NCBI GenBank assembly: GCA_965153455.1
Contig: OZ234493.1
Location: 7,058,213-7,122,212, forward strand
Length of the DNA stretch: 64,000 bases
Origin: Sphagnum compactum
Taxonomy: Eukaryota
Reading direction: 5' to 3'
Part shown: piece by piece, positions 13,801 to 24,099 of the stretch
How positions within the stretch are numbered: the stretch's first letter is position 1
How the letters are laid out: every line of letters starts with the position of its first letter
Notes under the pieces: model-generated
Told to the model about the DNA's origin: nothing
Databases searched by the model: none
The model's input: the letters and a program-made list of their open reading frames with translations, nothing else
Position numbers and translations under genes: made by a program

Positions 13801-14230
13801 TGAACAATTTGCAAACTATAATTCAATGTTTTCCATAACATTATCCAATCATCATTTTGGGATATTCTAGTCTTGACATCCTTGAAGACAATAATCATGT
13901 AAAATATACAAAAGAAGTATTAAATTTCATGAAAAAAATTTAAAATCATAATTAAATGAACGCACCACAAAAGTTGAATCTCAACTAGACCATATATGGG
14001 CAAATGTCCTTGAAAATGGATGCAAATATAGTGTAACAAAAGCATATTGACAAAAAATTTACAAACCAATTTATATTGCACTCAAACTACCAAACAAACT
14101 TCCAATGTATAACAAGAAACCATTAATGTCTTCATTTTTCTAAAGTGTACTGTGTGTGATTACATGTGTGTAGGTGTTGCATTTTCCGTTTGGTGACCCC
14201 CAAATGGTTTCCGTCAGGTAATGCCACTAG
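10900..14230 (+). mobile_element. decayed Helitron/Helentron: Rep C-terminal motif, PIF1 helicase, EEP (AP-like) endonuclease, 3' hairpin+CTAG; 5' end not located
   Basis: Frameshifted motifs read by eye: ANTNIQFILDPYAIATY (~10951, Rep tyrosine motif); QLNEEQR and FLTWGVGIGKAFTL (~11860-11985, Walker A relic); GKVAFNIDG; NYATSDGLVNG (~12630); QFVTTRTIHYSQGLSLDE (~12880); LNTT...HILCL.ETK (~13470-13560); SQLDHIWAN (~13980). Hairpin ccgtttgg/ccaaatgg at 14186-14207, then CTAG at 14227-14230. Confidence 0.85.
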
Positions 14231-14799
14231 ATGTTTCATCATTTATTACACAAGACACCTATTGGTCGATAGATGCAAAAGTTACCTTGTTACCTAAATT
14301 TTTATTTATTTAGTTTTTGGAGACCATGTGCAAATTTTTTTTCATCTAGCAGTCATAGGACGATTTTTTTTTCTAAAGACAAGTTTTCTATCTAGGTAGA
14401 CCCACCAATCACAACAATAAAATATTGATAACCACCATTCATCCAAAACCATAAACTCAAAATGCAATAAAAAAAAAAACATTCCAAAGTTGCCAAATGA
14501 TCAAACAAGTTACCAATTATTCCAATCATTTAGGTATCTAGTTTTGTGTTGCACATAGTCAAAATCTCTTCAAGAAAAATTGCCTACCCTGCAAAATGAA
14601 AATTTTCACCCTTCTCCTAAAGCTAACAAACTCTTAACCCATTTAACTCAAGAGTTCAAAATAATCAAAACATTTACATTGCATGTTCTTGTAGGATGTC
14701 ATGTAGATCATTATTTTAGGACAAAGCATCTCATGACAGAGCCTCTTGTTAACTTAGCATTGACTTAACACCCCCTTTCATGGGCTGCTAGCTGACATC

Positions 14800-15031
14800 G
14801 TATCTTTATTCTAAGATCTATGTTTTTTGAAGATTTGATGTTGAAGTTCGACACAAGAAACTTGTAGATCAGATTTGGGCTCTCAGATACACTCCCCTTT
14901 ATATTTGAAGCCATGTATCTTTATTCTAAGATCTATGTTTTTTGAAGATTTGATGTTGAAGTTTGACACAAGAAACTTGTAGATCAGATTTGGGCTCTCA
15001 GATACACTCCCCTTTATATTTGAAGCCATGT
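14800..15031. repeat. tandem duplication, 2 x 115 bp
   Basis: gtatctttattctaagatc...gaagccat starts at 14800 and 14915. One substitution seen (gttcgac/gtttgac). Confidence 0.95.
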
Positions 15032-16063
15032 GTTCGTGTCCAAGTTTATGTCAGAATTGTATACCTAGCATTTTTAGAAGACATACAACTACCCATCTGT
15101 TCCAAGGGCATTTCTTTTGCTATTCCATTACATATCAAATAAGATCTGCTGTTGCAAAGCTTTTGTGACATTCCGTTATAAAATAGATCAGATCTGATGT
15201 TGCAAAGCTGTGACATGAGCAAGATGGGCCATGAGAAAATTGAAACATTTAGCTTGTTTCTGACAAAGCACAAAGCAAACAGATATGCTTCCAGAATGCA
15301 CGTCACCTTTGTGGTACACATAATGCTCAAATCTCAGGTCAACTCGGCATCAGATGCTACATACACCTACAATGAGATCTTTTGTTCAAAAGCATGACAT
15401 GCCAAGGACACACAAGTTGAATACTCTAAAGACTCGCTGCCAATATCACCCACAAAAAACAAAGAAAAATGGCGAGTCCTTATTTCCAACTGTACAGCAC
15501 TGAAAATATATAAAAGTCATCCATTTGCTCAAAGAAGATAATGGAGTGCACAAAGCAGATCAAGGGTGTTATGTCCACCAGAGTCTGCAGACTATCCTCA
15601 CTTTCTTTATGAACAGAGAGAAACACTACTTGCACTCCCACAAAGGCTATTCTAAGAGAAATAGTTTTAACCTGCTCTGCCAAAAAGTAGCTCATAATGC
15701 TCAACTATCATGGATTAATGACACATGCTTACATGAGACTGGCTTCTGATATTGAACAAGAAATAAGCAAGGCAACCAAGAGTATTACGCATGTTCATGG
15801 GTGAATTATTTACAATAGCCAAAAGCCTATATACAGCTTTATGTCTATCTCTTACAATAACTCTCAAACTCTTGAACTCTACAAAGTATGCCTCCTCTCA
15901 ACTCAGGACTATCCACAGCATAATTTCAGTTCTTTTGGCAAAAGCTGATGAAGATCAAACAGCACCTGATCTCTTGTTATGCTGCTCCCCACCAACTCCC
16001 TCAGAACCACACAAGGTTCAATATTTACAGTACGGTCCTTGGATTTTCCTTGGACAACAAATT

Positions 16064-19000
16064 CTAAGGATGTGCATTCATGGATCTCCAGAGCGTCTTT
16101 TCATTAAGGTACTTGTTTTGGTAAAGTGTGCCCATCATCAAAGAAGGCTCTGCATGGCCATTGCTGGTTAGATGGAATCCTGCTAGGTCTTCCACAGGTC
16201 CTTTCACATAAGGCTTCTCCTCGGATTCATAGTACAGTGGAGGTTGCTCATCATCAGTGCTATAACTGACCCTTGAACTCTCAAAAGGGATCCCCTTGTT
16301 ACGACCTAATGGATCATCTATGAAGCCATGAGGTCCTGAAGAGTCATGGAGAGCTCCGTCCCATACCATGACATGCAGTCTCACTGACTGCCCAGTTTGC
16401 CTGTGGAGAGAGAGCTTGTTGCTCATAGATACAGTATCAAAGCACCGTATAGATCCTGCCGATGACACCAGCCAAGGTGTAATTTTCTCTTCTCCCAGTC
16501 GTGAGATCACAAGCAGCTTCCCAGCTGCACAGGCCGCTTGATATACAGTTCGGAGTCCTGCCCGATCAGCAACAGTGCCAGGATCCACTGAAGAGACATG
16601 GCAAAATCCCTGCATTCCCAATTCACACTCCACATAAGGATTCCTATTCTTGTTTGCAGGTCTTGACAATATGCTTGCCACAAAATTTGTAAATTCATCT
16701 AGAACGGACACCATATGTGACAATAACATGCTAAATAACCAAAAAAGGGTCATACAAACAATGTGCCTCATTTAGGATCAAAATAATTGTAGAAGGTTGA
16801 AGAATTCAGGATATGCAAGAGCTCTGTTGGTTTCACCTCTTCTGTGCAACTAATTCCAACACCTAAACGAGCCTCATTCTCCTCGGGCTTCAGGTCAATT
16901 GCAAGCTCAGCTGCTGCTGGCATGTACCATAGCCTGACCGCCCGGATCACATCCAAATCCATAGCCTCACGATCCTGGAAAAGTGAAATCAAATTAGACT
17001 TATGCCATTTGCTGCACAGTATTCAGAGCCTGCTCAAATTATCAAGACAGAGACTTGCAACAATCACTTTGAAATATGAAACAAATATGCATGTCCAACC
17101 TGTAGTCTGTAACAGCCAGAGTTGCCAACATTCACAGGGTCCTGCTTGTAGCCTGGATGCTGATATTCTGCAAACTGCACTTAAACAGAATCAGTAAGAA
17201 AACCCTGCACAAACAAGTGTGCCACATACAAACTAGAGACAATGATCTTCCTCACAGATACTGATTCCAATCATAGAGAACTTTGAGCAATCATCATCCT
17301 CCATAACAATCATTGTCCTAAGCTAGGGAGTACAATATCTTGACCTACTTGCATGAAGAGAGGTTCAGTCTGAATGTTGACAAAGGTAATTGGGACCCCA
17401 GATGCTTGGGCAGCAGACAGCCAAGCAACAGCACGTGCTGAAGTGTCTTCCACATCAGCATAATCACGAGCTTTAGGTGATAAGGCAGCTGGCATCAACA
17501 GAAGAGAGAACACTGTGGCAGAGCCTGAGACAGGTAGATATGACTGCATTTTTTCCTCCCAGGGGTATGCTACGTAGCTGTCCTTCACCCTCATGTTGTT
17601 CATTTTCACCATAAGTTCATCCTTCTTTGCATATTCCTGAGAACGTCTGGCTGCCTCTAGGATCTTTCGACTTCTATCTGGGAAGAGAACATCAAACAGT
17701 TGTTAGCATTCCAGCAGCTTAAGCTCAACAGACAATGCTCCAGAAAACTGTGGCTGTTCCTAAGTTGTGGTGCTCCAAAAGCAGATCCCAAGTTTGAGAA
17801 CCCCACTAGCAATTAGGTTTGGCTGTAATTTACCCAAAAAATTTAACCGAAAAGGCTTTTAAGGAGGGCGGGCATCTAGGACAGGCAACTCTTCAAAAGA
17901 TGGAGCTGCAAACCTAAAGCTTCTAAGTTCTCATTGTGAAGCATTCACTATTGGCATCCACCAAGTACACCACATAAAGTGGTCCAACAAAGGTTATAAC
18001 CTTCAGAAATTGCAGTTTTGCATTCCAACAGGGCACATTAAGAAGTATGTTGTTTGATGCTAGAGCAACTAGAAAATTGGCAGCACTTATGTTGATGGAA
18101 AACAGCTGCACCCAACTGAAAACTTTGTCTTGATCCTAACAATAACACTTGGAGTGAAAGACATATATCCACAAACAACATACCTTGCAAAGCAATACAT
18201 TCCTGCTCCATCGCATCCACCAATGTTGCAACATGAGTGGCATCAAGAAGACTTACTAACACGTAGTTCTTCTTGAGTAAGGAACTCTCATCCAAGGCCA
18301 CCTTTGCCTGCACATCGACAATTGCTTGGCCTCTCTTTACTTTTACCTTCACCCCTCCAGGTACATTGGTTAGCTTACGGAGCTCTCGCTGTAGGCCTGT
18401 CTTGCCTCCAGCAAATGGAGCCAAGAACACTGCTCCGCCATCCGTACTCACCTGCAGCATGAGAGTCTCCTCAAGTAAGTCCTCCAATTCTTCTAGTACA
18501 ATTCTTCCTGTTCAACTCATTGCCATATCAGGTTGACTCACAGGAGGGACATATTCCCTGATACGAAGTGAAAAATAATACTTCATTCTATTATGGCCTT
18601 CAGATATATACAAACATGGGTTTTGTCAACAGAGAGCTCCTTCAACATAAGAAGATACACATGCGCTGAAACTATGACATCTAGGGCGAAAGATTCCATC
18701 GCAACTTCAAGGGAACCACATTTTCAGCATGGTTGTGTTACACATAAGCATGATGAAAAAACTTGGGAAGTATCCAGGACCGTGGCAGAACCTAGAAGAA
18801 CTGCAGTGAATATTTTTCTTCTTCTACAGTACTTGCATGCTCTTTTGTCGATGAAACAAATTTGTAACAAGCTGCTGTAGGAAGAAGCCAAGGTCATCAG
18901 ATTGTTCTCGACATTTGCATAATCTGAGATCTTGCCGGTAATGAGCCTACCTGAAGCACAACATCCCCTGACAAGAGCTTGGAGTCTGTCCAAGAGTCAG

Positions 19001-19067
19001 ACATGGATTGGCTGGCACCAGTAAGCTTCACAGCTACCACAGGACTGTTTACTCCTCCTCCCGCCAT
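16064..19067 (-). CDS. conserved uncharacterised land-plant protein, 5-6 coding exons
   Basis: Exons 19067-18951, 18451-18184, 17677-17349, probable 17174-17100, 16974-16837 and 16609-16064, all GT-AG and phase-compatible. Motifs APFAGGKTG, YVAYPWEEKM, ARAVAWLSAAQASGVPITFVNIQTE, IRAVRLWY and PWLVSSAGSIRCFDTVSMSNKLSLHR match a plant family of unknown function that I recognise. The start ATG is inferred; the frame stays open upstream to an acceptor at ~19163. Confidence 0.88.
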
Positions 19068-19562
19068 GATGATCTCTATTGATGACTGTTCCTTTGTGTG
19101 CGGAGTAGTATCCTCCGCCGACTCCCTCGACCGTTGTCCAGCCGGCTGCCGCTTCCACGACTTCTGTACAAAGAAAAGATCGGCTATCTATCCCAATTTC
19201 ATAACCCCAACATGAAGAAGACTAATAGGCTGCTGCTTCTGTTTGAAAAATGTTGATTAGGGAAACCCCCGGCCAACAAACAGAGGCAGGACTAATAGCG
19301 ACTGTAACTTCAATCTCCAAGTCAAACGCCAACAGTAGTATGTCAACCTGCTGATTAAACTTCAGAAATGGAGAATGGCGGTGAGAGAATGGACAAGAAG
19401 CAATCGTTGCCGGTCAAGATCAAGATCATTCTCTATGTGGATCAGATCTCGTGGGGGCGAGAGCCCTCAGATCAGTGGACAAAAAGCACCCCAAAAAAGA
19501 AAAAAACAAAAAAAAGGAGCAAAAGCGTCTCGCGCTGCTCTCTGTGAACGACGAGGACAGGA

Positions 19563-19671
19563 AGAGAGAGAGAGAGAGAGAGTCCGGAGACTCGAGCTTC
19601 ACTTTAGACAAATTTTTCGATGTGGAACAGATCTCGTCTCGTCCTTGAAGCGAAGAGAGAGAGAGAGAGAG
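19563..19671. repeat. (GA)n microsatellites in the probable 5' leader/promoter of the 16-19 kb gene
   Basis: GA runs at ~19563-19581 and ~19654-19671. Confidence 0.85.
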
Positions 19672-20030
19672 ACCCGAGAGTGCACAAAAAGAGAGAAAAG
19701 AAAAGAAAAGAAAACAAGTGTGTTGCGCTCTGAGGTGTAAACGACGAAGGAAGAGAAAAGGGGAAAAAAAAAGGGGGGGTGAGAAGTTCCACTCCTGCTG
19801 CTAAACCTCTCTAGTACCTAATCAAAATGCGGCACGATTGTCGGGAAGCCAAACAGTGGCCCCCGTTCTTCTCTCCCTCTTTCCTTCACTCCCTTCCTCC
19901 CGAAAGACAAGCTACTTAGTGGCTAGATCATGGAGTGATGTGCCACACTGCGCATCGAACGAAGAAGATACCTTTGTACGCATGATCGGTGAACGATCCG
20001 AATCTTGAGGAAGGACAAACAAACCCCAAT

Positions 20031-20063
20031 GCTGCTGCTGCTGCTGCTGCTTCTTCTTCTTCT
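20031..20063. repeat. (GCT)n(TCT)n trinucleotide microsatellite
   Basis: gctgctgctgctgctgctgcttcttcttcttct seen directly. Confidence 0.9.
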
Positions 20064-20137
20064 ACTGGTGCTGTCACTCCCAGCTTGTTGGAGCAAAACC
20101 AACACTTGGTCAGCCCAAAGGGGAAAAAAACCCAAAC

Positions 20138-20331
20138 CAGTCTTATTATTATTATTATTTTCTCACTTTTTTCATATCGAAAATTTGGCGAAATTTAACC
20201 CCCAGAAAATAGAAAAAAATAGTCGAGTTTACAGTTAGGAAAAACAAAATTTTCCAAAATTTTACGAATTTCTTTGTCGAAAAATAGCGAAATTTCGCCA
20301 GGAAAAAAAAGAAAAAAGAAAAAACACACTG
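20138..20331. mobile_element. hAT-type MITE with 8-bp TSD ACCCAAAC
   Basis: Ends CAGT...ACTG with T-rich/A-rich subtermini. Identical acccaaac at 20130-20137 and 20332-20339. Confidence 0.88.
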
Positions 20332-21399
20332 ACCCAAACTATTATTAATTAACGTTCATTCTGCAACTCAGTAAAATTCTAATCACTTTACATACCCTCC
20401 TACCTACTAGGCTGCTTAGGCACTACTTCATTATTTTTTGGATTTGCCAAATGGTAGGGCCCTCAGCTCCTTCCTTGTTTTTTAGCCTTTGCATTTAGCC
20501 AAGTGATAGGCACCAATAAAACAAGGAAAAGCCAAGGGCCTTACCCTTCTCCTATATCTAAGGGTTTGTCAAATTTTTTTGGTGCAATGAAAAGGATCTT
20601 GGCCATTAGAGACCCAAAAAAAAAAAAAAAGCGAACACATTAAGGTCCTTGGATGGGGGCGTTATCAATAGTGTTTTCTTTTCTAGCAAAAAATTGCCAA
20701 AAAGCCACAAAGGTTTTGAGCCTACAATAGGTCCATTGGGAAATCGGGGAAGCCAATCCAAGGTTTTTGCCTAACGCTCATGTTGCCACATGGGAAGATT
20801 GCCACTATTCAAAACAAGCCTAACCCTAATTTGCCTTCCTCCCTCCCATGGTCACATCTTGTTCCCCAATGTCATTATTGTCCTTAATAAGTTTTTCACC
20901 ATCATGGCTTTTCTTGTTAAGTCATAGTTGTTAGTAGTAGCAATGTCATGAAAGGTAAATTTTATCGACACCATTTTTTGGTGTACATCAAGATTTTTAT
21001 GAATGTTAAGTTTTGCATAACAACAATAGTTTAATGAGTTGAGGTTACTATAATTGATGTTTGCTTTGGGATTTTTTCAACTTTGGCAATGTAATGAATT
21101 CTAAGAGCTTGTGGTTTAAGCTCATTAAAAGAGGATCAAATATGGTGCATGAATGAGCATGGGTGATCAATGTGGGAATGGTTGAAGCATTCCACTCAAA
21201 TTGAATTCTGAGTTGTTGAACTTTGTCACCCAACCTTGTTTTGTTGTGACACATTAAATCATTCGATTCACTTTTCAATCATGCTTCATTCAAGTTGTAA
21301 GTTTTTGAATCTCATACCTAAGTGTTCAATGAGCTTATGATTTGTTTTAAAATCAAGAATTTGGATGTTGCAAGTTTCAAGTTATTAGAAGAGGCATGT

Positions 21400-23510
21400 G
21401 CATTTGTAACCGACCAAATTACTTTATTTTCATCTTGTTGTGTTTTGTAAAACATTTCAACTCTTGTTCAACATTGCCCCTTTGCAAGTTCCAAAGAACT
21501 TTAGGTTTAGGCCCATTTTCCTTTTCTTTTCAAAACTTCAAGATGTAGTTGGACCATTTTAAACTCAATGCATGATCAAAATGAGTGCAATTACACAACA
21601 CATGATCAACCTTATGTTCTAGATTGACTCCAAGCTAATGTGCCATGAGGCACTTTGACCCCAAAAAAAAAAGAAGTTAACTTTGTTGTTATTTATCATC
21701 TTTTTTCCCATGGACATCCTATGACAAATTATGAAGGTCTGAAAGAGTGATTTTAGCTTTTAAAAATTCAATATGTTTCTAGGAAGCATTGGACTAACTC
21801 ATTTGGTCAGGTGATGACATAGGTGATGCATGTCATTTTGTTGGAGGTTACCAAAGGAACATTTGTTGTTGCCATTTTTAATCTAGTGAATGTAAATGAG
21901 GTGACCACAATCAACAATGTGCAATGGCTTTCAATCCACTTGCATGGTTGGAAAGTGGAAAAAGATTCTCATCCTCTTGTGTGTGAAAATTGTAGGTCGT
22001 TCTACCACCTTAGACAACATATTTTCTTTGATGTTTAAACACATGCTAGAATTTGGTGGCCTAGTGTTGGAGGAATTATTTTTGAAGAGTTCGTGAGCAT
22101 GGGTTGCAAAGATGTTAATGTCTTCCAAAGCCATTAAACAAGAATGACCATGTAATTCAAAAAGAATGTTGCCCCTTTTCTTACCAGGGTACATTGTTTT
22201 GCTCAAAAGACCAATTTGGTAGTCATAATTTTCTCAAATGTCCCTTTAATGCAACACTTAGAAAGTGTATTGCAAAACTTATGTGCATTTTTTACTCATA
22301 GCCTGAAAAAATATGTAGAATTTTAAAAAATTGTTGATATCTTCAATATAAAAAGCAATGAGGTATTGAGGAATGTGAATACCCATTGGATCTCTATGTT
22401 ATTTCCAACAAGGTGCATTTATCATGAAAATTAGCTTCTTATTGAAAAAATGCAATTGAAAGTGCAAAGAGTGATGTTGTTATCAAGACTTTGGGTTCTT
22501 TATGTGATGTGGGGTTCCATTTTAAAGCTCCCATGTATTCTTCCATTATATGATTGTGTGCATTGAAAGATTTCACAGAGTCACACACAATGCAAGGACA
22601 TTGTGGCTATCTTTCAAGGTAGCCTAACATGAGCTTTATAGGCTTTATTGTGGCTCTTTTGGTAAGTTTGAAGATTTGGCATTCAATGATTTCAATGCAA
22701 TTGGGTCTTTAACCAATGAGAGCCTTCCTATGCAATGATTTTTTTAGCCTAAATGGTGGAGAGGATGCATAATATATTGCATTTTCATTTTCTAGACACA
22801 AATATCCTATATGCACTTCCAACATTCATGGTGTTACATCTACTTAGCATGTCACCAAAGGTTTGTTTCAACATGTCAATGTGCAAAATGAAGGAAGAAT
22901 GCCAAGGGGTAGCAAAGGGCCTTATTGAGGAGCTTGAAAAATTATTCCTTGAGCATGAAATCATGATTGTTTTGGGTGTGATTTATTTATAGTATTTGGT
23001 TACAAATCCAAAAGAGGTAGAAGATAAGTTTGTTTTTTTCACATGGGTATGTTGAAGGCCACCCTAAGTGGCCCTCAAAAGGTGGATGCATTTAACTAAA
23101 TCATTCATGTTTTATTTTTAAGTTGGATATTTATAGAGAAATTCATTTTTTTCAAGATGACAATGTTAATAATAACTTTGAAGTGATTTTGTGTGAAAAA
23201 AATGAGCTCAATCCTTTTACAAGGCTTTGGTGCAAAATATTTATATTTGCAGCCTTTAACCATAAGCTTTCAATATCCATTAAATTCACCAAAATTGTTT
23301 CAATCTAGGCTCTTGGGTCGATTGAAGATGAACAAATGTTTATCATCATCTCCTTCATGAAAAAAAGGTGCATAATCATTTGAGCACACACTTGGATTTA
23401 TGCGTTAAAACTTTTAGTCAAAGACTTTTTATTTTGTAGATTTTTCCTTATGACAAAACCATTGGAAAACAATAGGGCAAACTATGTTATTATGTAGATG
23501 TGTTAATGAC
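21400..23510 (+). mobile_element. decayed hAT transposase (ZNF862-like); boundaries approximate
   Basis: Broken-frame motifs KHWTNSFG, NEVTTINNVQWLSIHL, HCFAQKTNLVV (CxxH relic), LRNVNTHWISM (TRW relic) and LGSIEDEQMF (dimerisation-domain ERxFS relic). Confidence 0.8.
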
Positions 23511-24099
23511 AACAACCTTTCGGAAGTTGAATTTTTTTGGGAGTTTTCTAGTTTGTGAATATGAAATCTACAAATCAAATAATATTGTGTGAAAATTTTA
23601 TATATATATAAAACTAAGCATATTGAATGGGTTTCAACATTTTACATTAATTTTTTTTTAATGCATCAAGTTTGAACTTTTGTGACATTGTATGTTCAAT
23701 TTGTTTTAGTCTTTCTAATCAATTTTTTTTTCTTTTAGGAGGTGCATAACTTCAAAACTTGTGAAAGGTTAAATTATGATCGAGTGAATTTGGGAGAGTG
23801 AGTGAATTGAATTGAATGATTGTTACTAATTTTTCAATCATTCTTTTGAAGTACACATGAAAATAAAATTCTTCAAAAATAGTTACAAATGCATTTGTTT
23901 ATTCTAGCATTAGTAATTTAGGTTATAATAAACTCACCCAATTTGATTTTGCAAGTATCACACAACATTGGAATTTGGAAGCATACCACATGATGGTGGA
24001 ATAAACAGTCGAATAAAAGATCAATGGCTCGAACCATCACATGGGAGACAAAAACGAAAGGCCAAAGAAAGGCCAAAAGATGACTAGCCCATAGGAACC

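Noticed and set aside
19923..20238. Small secreted peptide or poly-A/S ORFs
   Set aside because: The poly-Leu, Ala and Ser tracts come from the GCT/TCT microsatellite, and the plus-strand ORFs run into a MITE.
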